The position numbers and the translations under genes were made by a program. This document shows, piece by piece, positions 48,792 to 59,755 of a stretch of DNA of 64,000 nucleotides. Each line of letters opens with the position of its first letter. Position 1 is the stretch's first letter. Source of the DNA: Aliikangiella sp. (GTDB taxonomy: Bacteria; Pseudomonadota; Gammaproteobacteria; Enterobacterales; Kangiellaceae); contig CBDCCU010000014.1 in assembly GCA_965214955.1 (NCBI GenBank), forward strand, positions 16,631-80,630. The letters are read 5' to 3'. The notes below the pieces were generated by a model that saw only the letters and a list, made by a program, of their open reading frames with translations, was not told where the DNA came from and searched no databases.

Positions 48792-51497
48792 ATGTTTGGG
48801 AATGTCCTTACAAAAATTTTCGGTAGTAGAAACCAGCGAGTTGTTAAGCAACTTAATAAACGTGTCGCACGAATTAATGCCCATGAAGAAGGTTTCCAAA
48901 GTTTAACTGATGATGAGCTAAAAGCTTACACCGAAAAATTTAAGCAGCGTTTAGAGTCTGGTGAAACACTCGATAATATTCTCGATGAAGCGTTTGCTGT
49001 TGTTCGTGAAGCAGGTAAGCGCTTCTTAAATATGCGCCATTTTGACGTGCAGCTAGTAGGCGGCATGGTATTAAACGATGGCAAAATTGCCGAAATGCGT
49101 ACCGGTGAAGGTAAAACTTTAGTCGCAACCTTATCGGCTTATATTAATGCATTATCGGGCAAAGGCGTTCATATTATTACCGTCAATGATTACCTTGCTC
49201 AGCGTGACTCCGACTGGATGCGTCCTTTATATGAAGGCTTGGGTTTAAGTGTTGGGGTGATTTTGTCAGGTCAAGATACCGAAACAAAGCGTGCCGCCTA
49301 TGCGAGTGATATTACCTTTGGAACCAATAACGAGTTTGGTTTTGATTACTTGCGCGACAATATGGCGTTTGATGTTGAAGAAAAAGTTCAGCGCGAGTTG
49401 CACTATGCCATTATTGACGAAGTTGACTCTATTTTAATTGATGAAGCCAGAACACCGCTTATTATTTCGGGTGCGGTTGAAGATAGCTCGGATCTGTATC
49501 GTCAAATTGACAAGCTTATCCCTGAACTTCAAGTTATGAGCGATGAAGAAGATCAAGAAAGTGGCGATTATTCGGTTGATGAAAAATCAAAACAGGTTCA
49601 TCTAAGTGAGCGCGGACAAGAAAAAGTAGAAGAACTTTTAATTGGTGCTGGCTTACTCACCGAACAAGCCTCTTTATATAGTGCAAGCTCAATTTCATTA
49701 TTACATCATGTTAATGCCGCATTAAGAGCGCATGTTTTGTTCAAAAAAGATGTAGATTACATTGTTAAAGATAACGAAGTGGTTATTGTTGATGAGCATA
49801 CGGGGCGTACAATGCCAGGTCGTCGTTGGTCAGATGGTCTGCACCAAGCGGTTGAAGCTAAAGAAGGCGTACATATTCAAAACGAAAATCAAACTTTAGC
49901 GTCGATTACTTTCCAGAATTTATTTAGGCTTTATGAAAAACTTTCGGGAATGACGGGTACTGCCGATACCGAAGCCTTTGAGCTTAATCAAATTTATGGT
50001 TTGGAAGTTATTATTATTCCTACCAACAAACCCATGCTACGTCTTGATCATGGCGATTTAATTTTCTTAACTAAACAAGAGAAATACTTAGCCATTATTG
50101 AAGAAATTGAAGAAAGAACTGCCAATGGTCAGCCAGTGCTGGTTGGTACAGCATCGGTTGAGTCATCAGAAATTTTATCAACGGTTTTAAAGCAAAAGAA
50201 AATTAAGCATCAGGTGCTTAATGCTAAGTTTCACGCTAAAGAAGCCGACATTATTGCTCAAGCGGGTCGTCCTGGCACAGTAACAATTGCCACTAATATG
50301 GCAGGTCGTGGTACCGATATTGTTTTAGGCGGTAGTTTAAAAGCCGACATAGATGCCCTTAAAAAGCCAACCGATGAACAAATTGCCAAACTTACCGAAG
50401 AGTGGGAACTTCGCCATCAAGCGGTATTAGATTCAGGCGGTTTAGCGATTATTGGTACAGAGCGCCATGAATCTCGCCGTATTGATAACCAACTTCGTGG
50501 TCGTTCTGGGCGTCAAGGTGATCCGGGTTCTAGTCGCTTTTATCTCTCATTAGAAGATGACTTAATGCGTATTTTTGCTTCTGACAGAATGGCAAACATG
50601 ATGCAAAAAATGGGCTGGGAAGAAGGTGAAGCCATTGAGCATAAATGGGTTTCACGCGCGATTGAAAATGCTCAGCGTAAAGTAGAAGGGCGTAACTTTG
50701 ATATTCGTAAAAACTTACTTGAGTATGATGATGTAGCTAATGATCAACGTAAGGTTATTTACGAGCAACGCGCCGATCTTATGTCTACTGATGATGTATC
50801 AGAAACGATTCATTCTTTAAGGTTTGACGTTGTTGCTAGTGTATTTGCTCAATATATCCCGCCGCAAAGTATTGAAGATATGTGGGATGTGGCAGGGCTT
50901 GAAGAGCGCTTAAAAGCCGACTTTGCAATTGAGCTGCCGGTACAAAAATGGCTTGATGAAGACGATAATTTACACGAAGAAAACCTGCGTGAAAAAATTG
51001 TTAGTGAACTGGATAAAACTTATCAAGAAAAAGAAGAAAAAGTGGGTGAAGTGGTTATTCGTCACTTTGAAAAATCAATTATGCTACAAACCTTAGATGG
51101 TGCTTGGAAAGAGCATTTAGCCGCAATGGATCACTTGCGCCAAGGCATTCATTTACGCAGTTATGCGCAAAAGAATCCAAAACAAGAATATAAACGCGAA
51201 GCTTTTGAACTATTTGCCGAAATGCTAGAAGGCATAAAGTTTGAAGTAATTTCTCTTTTATCAAAAGTACAAGTTCGTGACTCAGAAGATGTTGATGCGG
51301 TAGAAGAACAGCGTCGCCGCGAAGCGCAAGCTCATGGTGTGCAATATCAGCACGAACAAGAGTCGGCGATGCCTGCTAACCAGCAAGAAGAAGCACACAC
51401 ACCTTACAAGCGTGAAGGTGAAAAAGTGGGCAGAAACGAGCCTTGTCCTTGTGGCTCGGGTAAAAAATATAAGCAATGTTGCGGCAAGCTTAAATAA
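48792..51497 (+). CDS. secA: Preprotein translocase subunit SecA
   Basis: [56 protein letters not shown]. Confidence 0.99.
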   Translation: MFGNVLTKIFGSRNQRVVKQLNKRVARINAHEEGFQSLTDDELKAYTEKFKQRLESGETLDNILDEAFAVVREAGKRFLNMRHFDVQLVGGMVLNDGKIAEMRTGEGKTLVATLSAYINALSGKGVHIITVNDYLAQRDSDWMRPLYEGLGLSVGVILSGQDTETKRAAYASDITFGTNNEFGFDYLRDNMAFDVEEKVQRELHYAIIDEVDSILIDEARTPLIISGAVEDSSDLYRQIDKLIPELQVMSDEEDQESGDYSVDEKSKQVHLSERGQEKVEELLIGAGLLTEQASLYSASSISLLHHVNAALRAHVLFKKDVDYIVKDNEVVIVDEHTGRTMPGRRWSDGLHQAVEAKEGVHIQNENQTLASITFQNLFRLYEKLSGMTGTADTEAFELNQIYGLEVIIIPTNKPMLRLDHGDLIFLTKQEKYLAIIEEIEERTANGQPVLVGTASVESSEILSTVLKQKKIKHQVLNAKFHAKEADIIAQAGRPGTVTIATNMAGRGTDIVLGGSLKADIDALKKPTDEQIAKLTEEWELRHQAVLDSGGLAIIGTERHESRRIDNQLRGRSGRQGDPGSSRFYLSLEDDLMRIFASDRMANMMQKMGWEEGEAIEHKWVSRAIENAQRKVEGRNFDIRKNLLEYDDVANDQRKVIYEQRADLMSTDDVSETIHSLRFDVVASVFAQYIPPQSIEDMWDVAGLEERLKADFAIELPVQKWLDEDDNLHEENLREKIVSELDKTYQEKEEKVGEVVIRHFEKSIMLQTLDGAWKEHLAAMDHLRQGIHLRSYAQKNPKQEYKREAFELFAEMLEGIKFEVISLLSKVQVRDSEDVDAVEEQRRREAQAHGVQYQHEQESAMPANQQEEAHTPYKREGEKVGRNEPCPCGSGKKYKQCCGKLK

Positions 51498-51522
51498 TTT
51501 TAATCAATTTAAGTCGTACTCA

Positions 51523-51918
51523 ATGAATAAAACTATTGCCGTTGCGGCGGCAATTATTTTAAAAGACAACCAAGTGCTTATTGCAAAGCGTCCCTTAGAT
51601 AAGCACAAAGGTGGTTACTGGGAGTTTCCTGGCGGTAAAATTGAAGCTAGGGAATCAGCAGAGCAAGCGCTAGCGCGTGAAATTCAAGAAGAATTATCAC
51701 TTCAAATAAACGCTCCAATCCATTATCAAGATGTCACTTTTGATTATGCTGAAAAGCAAGTACAGCTAAAGTTCTATAAAGTCACTAAATTTTCTGGTTT
51801 TCCTCAAGGTTTGGAAGGACAAGAAGTTCGTTGGGTTAACCTTGCTGATTTATCAAAATATCAATTTCCAGAAGCTAATCAGGTTATTGTAACTAAACTA
51901 ATTAGTGAGTTTAGTTGA
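51523..51918 (+). CDS. mutT: 8-oxo-dGTP diphosphatase
   Basis: WEFPGGKIE..ESAEQALAREIQEE Nudix box, FPEAN; follows secA. Real start is ATG at 51523. Confidence 0.9.
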   Translation: MNKTIAVAAAIILKDNQVLIAKRPLDKHKGGYWEFPGGKIEARESAEQALAREIQEELSLQINAPIHYQDVTFDYAEKQVQLKFYKVTKFSGFPQGLEGQEVRWVNLADLSKYQFPEANQVIVTKLISEFS

Positions 51919-52063
51919 TGAAATCAAGCTAATTACTACCTGTCTTTTCTCGTTTGGCTGTCTTTATCTCACTGGTCTTTATCCTATTGGTCTCTATCCC
52001 ATTGGTCTTCACCCCATCGGATCCTGAAAAAACAACAAAATGTTGCTAAATTACCCATTTTTA

Positions 52064-52100
52064 TTGCGCTTTAATCCTCTTCTATGGTATAAAGCGCGCC
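52064..52100 (+). promoter_or_regulatory. rpsB-tsf promoter with extended -10 and GC-rich discriminator
   Basis: TTGCGC, then TG-G-TATAAA, then GCGCGCC. Confidence 0.7.
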
Positions 52101-52217
52101 GTGTTGGTCATGTGGGCTAACACCTAATTCACACACTGTTCGACACGACTATCAGGGTGCTTATGAATGAGCTTAATCATCATAGGTTGATAGTTGGGAA
52201 TAGTGGAGGCAAAACCC
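52101..52217 (+). ncRNA. rpsB 5' leader (S2 autoregulatory, t44-like)
   Basis: ACACAC..CGACAC..GGGTGC and TGGAGGCAAAACCC conserved blocks; GACTATCA/TGATAGTT stem. Confidence 0.75.
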
Positions 52218-52239
52218 TTAAAAATCAGGAGTTTACAAA

Positions 52240-53025
52240 ATGGCAAAAGTCACTATGCGTGATATGCTTCAGGCGGGTGTTCACTTTGGACACAGAACCC
52301 GTTTCTGGAACCCAAAAATGAAGCCGTATATCTTCGGCGCAAGAAACAAAATTCATATTATTAACTTAGAGCACTCGCTACCGATGTTTAACGATGCGTT
52401 AAACTACCTTAGCTCTGTTGCGGCAAAAAAAGGCAAAATCCTTTTTGTTGGTACTAAGCGTAGTGCTAGCAAAATTGTTCGCGAAGAAGCAATCCGTTGC
52501 GATCAGTTCTTTGTTGATAAGCGTTGGTTAGGCGGTATGCTAACTAACTATAAAACCATTCGTCAGTCGATTAACCGTTTAAAAGAGCTTGAAAAGCAAA
52601 GTGAAGACGGTACTTTCGAAAAGTTAACTAAGAAAGAAGCTTTATTATTAAGCCGTGAAATGGCTAAGTTAGAAGCCAGTATTGGTGGTATTAAAAACAT
52701 GGGTGGTCTTCCAGACGCACTTTTTGTTATTGACGCTGACCATGAGCACATTGCTATTTCGGAAGCACGCAAATTAGGTATTCCTGTTATTTCTGTGGTT
52801 GATAGTAACTCTAACCCAGATGGTGTTGATTATGTTATCCCTGGTAACGACGATGCTATTCGTGCCATTCAACTTTATCTTTCTGCTGCGGCTGACACCA
52901 TTATTGATGGTCGTCAAAGCGTGGCTACAGCACCAAAAGCTGAAGCTTCAAGCGATGATGAGTTTGTTGAAGAAGCTAAGCAAGAAAAAACTGAAGAAGT
53001 TAAAGAAGAAGCAAAAGAAGATTAA
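52240..53025 (+). CDS. rpsB: 30S ribosomal protein S2
   Basis: [29 protein letters not shown]. Confidence 0.99.
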   Translation: MAKVTMRDMLQAGVHFGHRTRFWNPKMKPYIFGARNKIHIINLEHSLPMFNDALNYLSSVAAKKGKILFVGTKRSASKIVREEAIRCDQFFVDKRWLGGMLTNYKTIRQSINRLKELEKQSEDGTFEKLTKKEALLLSREMAKLEASIGGIKNMGGLPDALFVIDADHEHIAISEARKLGIPVISVVDSNSNPDGVDYVIPGNDDAIRAIQLYLSAAADTIIDGRQSVATAPKAEASSDDEFVEEAKQEKTEEVKEEAKED

Positions 53026-53045
53026 TTCTGTAGCGCTTTATTAAT

Positions 53046-53074
53046 AATAGGGGGCTAATATTGCCCCCTATTTT
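53046..53074 (+). terminator. rpsB-tsf intergenic terminator/attenuator hairpin
   Basis: AATAGGGGGC / GCCCCCTATT plus a T-run. Confidence 0.8.
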
Positions 53075-53133
53075 ATATTTTCTCCCTAATTTTATATTAG
53101 GTGGTTAAGATTTAAATTCTGGAGACATTAAAC

Positions 53134-54015
53134 ATGGCAATTACAGCTGCATTAGTAAAAGAGCTGCGCGAAAGAACTGGCGCAGGCATGATGGAATGTA
53201 AAAAAGCATTAGTTGAAACTAATGGCGATATTGAAACCGCAATTGATAATATGCGTAAATCTGGCGCAGCAAAAGCGGCTAAAAAAGCGGGTCGTATTGC
53301 GGCAGAAGGTATTATTGTTGCTAAAGCTAGCGATGACGGTAAATTAGCGGCTATCGTTGAAGTAAACAGTGAAACTGACTTTGTTGCTCGTGATGAAAAC
53401 TTTGTTGCATTTAGTAACGCAGTGGTTGAAGCGGCATTATCAAATAAAGTTTCTGATGTTGAAGCTTTAAAAGAAACCACTTTAGCTTCTGGCGAAACCA
53501 TTGAAACGGCTCGTACTAACTTGATTGCTAAAATCGGTGAAAACATTGGTGTACGTCGCGTTCAGTTAGTTGAAGCAAACGATGGTGCTTTAGCTTCTTA
53601 TATTCACGGTGGTCGTATTGGTGTAGTTGCTGCACTTAAAGGTGGTAACACTGAACTAGCCAAAGATGTTGCTATGCACGCTGCGGCAACTAATCCACAG
53701 TTCATCAGAGAAGAAGATATTTCTGAAGATGTTTATAACCGCGAAAAAGAAATTTTTGTTGCTCAGGCAACAGAAAGCGGTAAGCCTGCTGAAATTGTTG
53801 AAAAAATGATTGTTGGTCGTATGCGTAAATTTGCGGCTGAAATTTGTTTATTAGGTCAACCTTTCATTAAAGATACTTCGATGAACGTGGGTACTTTAGT
53901 GAAGAATGCTGATGCCGAAGTTGTTTCTATGGTACGCTTGGAAGTTGGTGAAGGTATCGAGAAAAAAGAAGACGATTTTGCTGCTGAAGTAATGGCTCAA
54001 GTTAAAGGAGAATAA
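53134..54015 (+). CDS. tsf: Elongation factor Ts
   Basis: [26 protein letters not shown]. Confidence 0.99.
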   Translation: MAITAALVKELRERTGAGMMECKKALVETNGDIETAIDNMRKSGAAKAAKKAGRIAAEGIIVAKASDDGKLAAIVEVNSETDFVARDENFVAFSNAVVEAALSNKVSDVEALKETTLASGETIETARTNLIAKIGENIGVRRVQLVEANDGALASYIHGGRIGVVAALKGGNTELAKDVAMHAAATNPQFIREEDISEDVYNREKEIFVAQATESGKPAEIVEKMIVGRMRKFAAEICLLGQPFIKDTSMNVGTLVKNADAEVVSMVRLEVGEGIEKKEDDFAAEVMAQVKGE

Positions 54016-54020
54016 TTCTA

Positions 54021-54752
54021 ATGCCAAGTTCTGCTCCCGAAAAAAATAGTAAACGTGTTTTACTGAAATTAAGTGGTGAAGCCCTTATGGGGGCAGAATC
54101 TTTTGGCATTGATCCTTCGGTACTTGATCGAATTGCGGCTGAAATCAAAGAGCTTATTGAAGCCAATGTTCAAGTGGGCATTGTTATTGGTGGCGGCAAT
54201 TTGTTTCGAGGCGAAAAGCTGGCAAATGCTGGAATGAATAGAGTTGCTGGCGACCATATGGGAATGCTAGCCACAGTAATGAATTCTTTAGCCATGCAAG
54301 ATGCTTTAGAAAGATTGCGCGTTGGAACTCGCGTGATGTCAGCGGTTTCATTAACGGGTGTTTGTGAAGATTATGACCGCCGTTTTGCGCTACGATTTAT
54401 GCGTGACGGACAAGTTGTTATATTTACGGCAGGAACGGGTAATCCATTTTTTACTACCGACACTGCGGCTTGTTTACGTGGTATTGAAATTGAAGCCGAT
54501 ACCATCTTAAAAGCCACAAAAGTTGATGGTGTTTATTCGGCTGATCCTAATAAAGTTCCTGATGCTGAATTTTACCCAAACCTCACTTATGATGAAGCAT
54601 TAAAAAAACAATTAGGCATTATGGATTTAACCGCCTTTTGTTTAGCGCGTGACCATAATAAGTCGATTCGCGTTTTTAATATGCAAAAACCTGGTGCGCT
54701 CATTGATGCTGTAATTAATGAGAGTGAAGGGACGCTAATTACGCGTGATTAA
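54021..54752 (+). CDS. pyrH: Uridylate kinase
   Basis: [27 protein letters not shown]. Confidence 0.99.
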   Translation: MPSSAPEKNSKRVLLKLSGEALMGAESFGIDPSVLDRIAAEIKELIEANVQVGIVIGGGNLFRGEKLANAGMNRVAGDHMGMLATVMNSLAMQDALERLRVGTRVMSAVSLTGVCEDYDRRFALRFMRDGQVVIFTAGTGNPFFTTDTAACLRGIEIEADTILKATKVDGVYSADPNKVPDAEFYPNLTYDEALKKQLGIMDLTAFCLARDHNKSIRVFNMQKPGALIDAVINESEGTLITRD

Positions 54753-54853
54753 TTCTTTTTATTGCTTATTTTCATGACATTTTAAATGACGAAATTTAGC
54801 GATAAATCATTTGATAAACAGTTAAAGCGAATATTTGATAACGGAGAATAACA

Positions 54854-55411
54854 GTGATTAATGATATCAAACAAGATGCCAATAGCCGCATGGATAAAAG
54901 TATTGATTCTTTTAAGTTGGCACTGCAAAAAATTAGAACGGGTCGTGCCCATCCTAGTCTTTTAGAGCATTTAACAGTTTCTTACTATGGTGTTGATACG
55001 CCTTTAAATCAAGCAGCAAATGTATCGGTTCAAGATTCAAGAACATTAACTATTCAGCCGTTTGAGAAAACCATGATTCAGCCAATTGAAAAGGCGATCA
55101 TGGAATCGGATATTGGTATTACCCCTAATACTTCGGGCAACTTAATTCGTTTGCCGCTTCCGCCACTTACAGAAGAGCGTCGTAAAGAGTTAATTAAAGT
55201 GGTTGGTAACGAAGCCGAAGGCGCAAAAGTAGCCATTAGAAACATTCGCCGCGATGCCAATTCAACGCTTAAAGATCTCGAAAAAGAAAAAGAGATCAGC
55301 GAAGATGAAGAAAGACGCGCGCAAGATGATGTGCAAAAGTTAACTGATGCACACGTTAAAAAAGTGGATGAAATTGTTGCCGATAAAGAAAAAGAGTTGA
55401 TGGAAGTTTGA
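54854..55411 (+). CDS. frr: Ribosome recycling factor
   Basis: [32 protein letters not shown]. Confidence 0.99.
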   Translation: MINDIKQDANSRMDKSIDSFKLALQKIRTGRAHPSLLEHLTVSYYGVDTPLNQAANVSVQDSRTLTIQPFEKTMIQPIEKAIMESDIGITPNTSGNLIRLPLPPLTEERRKELIKVVGNEAEGAKVAIRNIRRDANSTLKDLEKEKEISEDEERRAQDDVQKLTDAHVKKVDEIVADKEKELMEV

Positions 55412-55435
55412 TTAGTTAATCGCTAACTCATTAAA

Positions 55436-55465
55436 ACGCCGTGTATTCTTTGGGATACGCGGCGT
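55436..55465. terminator. Hairpin downstream of frr
   Basis: ACGCCGTGTATTC / GGATACGCGGCGT. Confidence 0.6.
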
Positions 55466-55526
55466 CGTTATATTTATCAATATCGTTAAAATAGAAAATT
55501 AAATCCATTATTCCAATAAATATTCA

Positions 55527-56252
55527 ATGACTGACACACTGAAAAAAATCCCTCAACATATTGCCATAATCATGGACGGTAATGGTCGCTGGGCAAAAGC
55601 ACGAGGCAAAAAACGAACTAGCGGTCATAAAGTTGGGGTAGAAAGGGCGCGTGAAATAGTTGAAACCGCAGGTAAACTTGGGGTTGAATGTTTAACGCTT
55701 TTTGCCTTTAGTAGTGAAAATTGGCAACGTCCTGAAGAAGAAGTTTCTTTTTTAATGGAGCTTTTTGTATTGGCATTAAAGCGCGAAGTTAAAATGCTTA
55801 ACAAACACGGTGTTAAATTGAAGTTTTTAGGTGATATACAGGGCTTTAGTAAGACCCTACAAAAAAGTATTGCCAGTGCAGAAGCGTCAACTGAGAATAA
55901 TGATAAATTATTGCTGAATGTTGCCGCAAATTATGGTGGACAGTGGGATATTTGTCAGTCAGTGAATAAAGTGATTGAGCAAAGCCCTAATATTCCAGTA
56001 ACTCAAGATCTAATTGCTAAAAATTTAGTCACTGCAAATTTACCTGAACTCGATTTAATGATCCGCACTGGCGGCGAGCTAAGAATTAGTAATTTTTTAA
56101 TTTGGCAAGCGGCTTATGCTGAGCTTTATTTTACTGATTGCTTATGGCCCGACTTTGATAGTAGCGAGCTCAATAAAGCGGTTGAAGATTATAGCGAGCG
56201 GCAAAGGCGTTTTGGTAAAACTGGCGAGCAAGTTGAGTTACCTGAGTCTTAA
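55527..56252 (+). CDS. uppS: Undecaprenyl diphosphate synthase
   Basis: HIAIIMDGNGRWA, AFSSENWQRP, IRTGGELRISNF. Confidence 0.98.
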   Translation: MTDTLKKIPQHIAIIMDGNGRWAKARGKKRTSGHKVGVERAREIVETAGKLGVECLTLFAFSSENWQRPEEEVSFLMELFVLALKREVKMLNKHGVKLKFLGDIQGFSKTLQKSIASAEASTENNDKLLLNVAANYGGQWDICQSVNKVIEQSPNIPVTQDLIAKNLVTANLPELDLMIRTGGELRISNFLIWQAAYAELYFTDCLWPDFDSSELNKAVEDYSERQRRFGKTGEQVELPES

Positions 56253-56288
56253 AATTAACGGAATAGATGTACGGAATAATTACCTAAT

Positions 56289-57167
56289 ATGCTAAAACAA
56301 AGAATCATTACAGCACTGCTCTTACTTCCTGCGGTATTTTTCTTAATCTTTTTGGTTAAGTTAGATTTTTTTGCCATAGCAATCGCCATAATCACCTATT
56401 TAATGGCGCTTGAATGGGCTAATTTAGCAGGAATAAATAAAAAATTGTTTCATAGCTTCTTTGCCATGGCTGTTTCAGTTTTTAATTTAGGCATTCTCTA
56501 CCTTGAACCCAATATTATTATGTGGCCATCGTCAAGTTGGCCAAATTTTGTTGCCAACGATCTTCCCTTAATCATGTTATTGGTTGGTAGTATTGGAATT
56601 ATTATTGCCTCAATAATTGTTTTTACCTATAAACCTGCACCTAATTGGTGGGCAAATAAATTTGTTTGTAGTGTGTTAGGGGTTATTCTTTTGCCATGTT
56701 TTTTTGTAGCGTTAATTAGTATTAGAAAAATAGGCTGGATGGAAGATCAGTTCCGTGGTGGTGGCTTAGTTTTACTTATGTTTGGTTTAATTTGGGCTGC
56801 TGATACGGGTGCCTATTTTTCTGGTAAAGCGTTTGGCAAGCACAAACTTGCCCCTGTTGTTAGTCCTAATAAAACTTGGGAAGGGGTTATTGGTGGAGTA
56901 ATTTTGTCGGTGTTAATTGGTTTTTTGGGTGCCTATTTATTAGCGTTAGATATTCAAAATTATTTACTTTACACTGCGGTTTTAGTGGCATTGGCTTTAA
57001 TTTCGGTGGTTGGTGATTTATTTGAAAGTTCGTTAAAACGGGTGTCTGGTATTAAAGATTCTGGTCAACTTCTGCCAGGACATGGTGGCTTGCTTGATCG
57101 TTTAGACAGCACGATTGTTGTTGCGCCTTTATTTTTCTTATCTTTTAGTATGCTAGGTTGGTTTTAA
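56289..57167 (+). CDS. cdsA: Phosphatidate cytidylyltransferase
   Basis: SPNKTWEG, GDLFESSLKR..KDSG..LPGHGGLLDRLD. Confidence 0.97.
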   Translation: MLKQRIITALLLLPAVFFLIFLVKLDFFAIAIAIITYLMALEWANLAGINKKLFHSFFAMAVSVFNLGILYLEPNIIMWPSSSWPNFVANDLPLIMLLVGSIGIIIASIIVFTYKPAPNWWANKFVCSVLGVILLPCFFVALISIRKIGWMEDQFRGGGLVLLMFGLIWAADTGAYFSGKAFGKHKLAPVVSPNKTWEGVIGGVILSVLIGFLGAYLLALDIQNYLLYTAVLVALALISVVGDLFESSLKRVSGIKDSGQLLPGHGGLLDRLDSTIVVAPLFFLSFSMLGWF

Positions 57168-58349
57168 TGGTTGAGTCAGTTTGCATATTAGGCTCTACAG
57201 GATCAATTGGGCAGTCCACGCTTGATGTTATTGCGCGCAATCATGAAAAATTTAAAGCAACGGTTTTAACTGCCAGCACTAACTATAAAAAACTGTTTGA
57301 GCAATGCCAAGCCTTTGAGCCTGAACTTGCAATAATGGTTGATGAAAATGCCGCCAATGAACTGACTAAGCTTTTATCCAATACAAGGTTAAAAACTGAG
57401 GTTAAGTCGGGTGAAAAAGCATTAATAGATGCCGCTGCGTACCCAAATATCAATACCGTTGTTGCTGCTATTGTTGGTGCAGCAGGCTTGTTACCAACAT
57501 TTACTGCGGTAAAAAAAGGGCTCAAAGTATTATTGGCTAATAAAGAAGCGTTGGTGATGTCTGGTGAAATTATGCTTAACGCGGTGAAAGAGTCGAATGC
57601 TATTTTATTGCCAGTTGATAGTGAGCATAATGCGATTTTTCAAAGCTTACCAGTGAGTGATTCGGGTAATATCAACCTTAAAGGGGTTAATAAAATTTTG
57701 CTAACGGGATCAGGTGGACCATTTAGACAGTCACCATTGGAATCTTTATCGCAAATGACTCCTGACCAAGCCTGTGCTCATCCTAATTGGGATATGGGAA
57801 AGAAAATTTCAGTAGATTCGGCAACCATGATGAACAAAGGGTTAGAATTTATTGAAGCTTGTTTTTTTGTTTAATGTTGAGCCAGAAAAAATTCAAATTG
57901 TTGTACATCCTCAAAGTATTGTCCATTCAATGGTTTCGTATAATGATGGCTCGGTTATATCGCAAATGGGTAGACCCGATATGCGTACACCAATCGCGCA
58001 CACTCTTGGCTGGCCTGAAAGAATTAATGCCGGTGTAGAGCCGCTCGATTTTTTTCAAATGAAGTCTCTAGAATTTGAAGCGCCAGATTATAACCGGTTT
58101 CCATGTTTAGCTTTGGCACAAAAAGCAATGGCGCTGAAAGGAACGGCTCCTTGTATTTTAAATGCCGCGAACGAAGTTGCCGTTGATGCTTTTTTAAATC
58201 ATAAAATTCGCTTTACTGATATTGCTAAAGTTATTGAATATACGCTTGAAAACTTAAGTGCTGAAGAGTCGAGTAGTTTAGACATCGTTTTAACCGCAGA
58301 TAAAAAAGCCCGAGAAATGGCGCAAAGCTATATTGAGGCAAAGTGTTAA
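57167..58349 (+). CDS. dxr: 1-deoxy-D-xylulose 5-phosphate reductoisomerase, split by a +1 frameshift at T7 57862-57868
   Basis: GSTGSIG, LANKE, PVDSEH, HPNWDMGKKISVDSATMMNKG, then HPQSIVHS..DMRTPI in the next frame. Confidence 0.95.
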
Positions 58350-59692
58350 TGGCTGCGTTATCAAACTTTTTTTATTTTATAGTTGCCATTGGTATTTTAG
58401 TAACTTTTCATGAGTTTGGGCACTTTTGGGTAGCTCGCAAACTTGGAGTTAAAGTTTTAACTTTTTCAGTGGGTTTTGGTAAACCCCTATGGAAACGTAA
58501 AGCAAAAGATGGTGTGTTGTATCAAATAGGTATGATCCCGCTTGGCGGCTATGTAAAAATGTTAGATGAACGAGAAGGCGAAATTGACCCAAGTCTTGTT
58601 GATCAAGCTTTTAACAGGCAAGTTGTTTGGCGCCGGTTTGCCATTGTTTTAGCCGGACCTATGGCAAATTTTTTGTTAGCCATTTTATTTTATTGGGCAG
58701 TTTTTAGCTTAGGTATCACAGGCTTTAATACTAAAGTGGGAGAAGTTTCTAAAGACTCTATTGCCGCAAATGCGGGTGTTAAAAATGGCGTTATGATTAC
58801 CGCCGTAGATGGCGCTAGTGTAGAAACCAGTTCACAACTTATCCGCCGAATTGCACTTAGATTGGGTGATGATGACCATTTGGTTTTAACCACTAATAGC
58901 CAAGGGAAAGAAAAAGCTCATTTACTATCAATTGATGGCTGGCGTGTTCACCCTACAAGGCCGCAGTTATTGGAAAGTCTTGGCATAAAACATCAAAATT
59001 TGGTTCAGCAACCTTTGTTTAATTCGGTATTAGAAGGTGGTCCTGCTGATAAAGCCGGAATTAAAGCTGGAGACTTGGTTAAAGCCATTGATGATGAGCC
59101 TGTTTATTATTGGAACGACTTGGTTAAGATCGTGTCGGCACGGGCAGGAAAAATATCTAATTTTAAGATTGATAGAAATGGTGAACTGTTAGACATTTCT
59201 GTGGTCATAGGAACTCGTCAGCATCAAGAACGAAAAGTGGGTTTTATTGGTGTTGGTAGTGATAGCCGCGAATTGCTGGCTTTGCGTAAGGGCGATGATA
59301 TTTTCGACTCGTTTTCTATGGCTCTTACCGAAACCAAAGATATGATTTATTTAAGCGTAAGACTCTTTGGTAAGCTGTTGGTTGGAGACTTATCACTTAA
59401 AAGCTTAAATGGACCTTTTAAAATTGCTGAAGGAGCAGGCGGCAGTGCAAGAATAGGCTTGGTTTATTTTTTAAGTTTTCTTGCCATGATCAGTATTAAT
59501 TTAGGGTTTATCAATTTATTGCCCGTGCCACTATTAGATGGTGGTCACTTAATGTATTTTTCAATTGAAGCGCTAAGAGGCAAGCCTTTATCTGAGAAAG
59601 TACAAGAAATAGGCTTACAAGTTGGAATGTTACTAGTTTTTAGCATGATGACCATTGCTATTTATAACGACATAACTCAAACTCTCGGCTAG
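58349..59692 (+). CDS. rseP: RIP metalloprotease RseP
   Basis: HEFGH, PDZ domains, NLLPVPLLDGG; TAATG overlap with dxr. Confidence 0.97.
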   Translation: MAALSNFFYFIVAIGILVTFHEFGHFWVARKLGVKVLTFSVGFGKPLWKRKAKDGVLYQIGMIPLGGYVKMLDEREGEIDPSLVDQAFNRQVVWRRFAIVLAGPMANFLLAILFYWAVFSLGITGFNTKVGEVSKDSIAANAGVKNGVMITAVDGASVETSSQLIRRIALRLGDDDHLVLTTNSQGKEKAHLLSIDGWRVHPTRPQLLESLGIKHQNLVQQPLFNSVLEGGPADKAGIKAGDLVKAIDDEPVYYWNDLVKIVSARAGKISNFKIDRNGELLDISVVIGTRQHQERKVGFIGVGSDSRELLALRKGDDIFDSFSMALTETKDMIYLSVRLFGKLLVGDLSLKSLNGPFKIAEGAGGSARIGLVYFLSFLAMISINLGFINLLPVPLLDGGHLMYFSIEALRGKPLSEKVQEIGLQVGMLLVFSMMTIAIYNDITQTLG

Positions 59693-59755
59693 TAAAAAAA
59701 ACGTATTTTTGAGCGCTAATGTAAGTGCTTAAGTAGATTAAAAGATTAGGGGATT

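Noticed and set aside
51334-51522. N-terminal extension of MutT in the ORF track
   Set aside because: It overlaps the secA 3' end in another frame; the Nudix domain starts at ATG 51523.
53112-53546. 144-aa antisense ORF, and the many similar short antisense or overlapping ORFs in uvrA, secA, rpsB, frr, dxr, lpxD and the surface protein
   Set aside because: Shadow ORFs of well-supported genes; no RBS or motifs.
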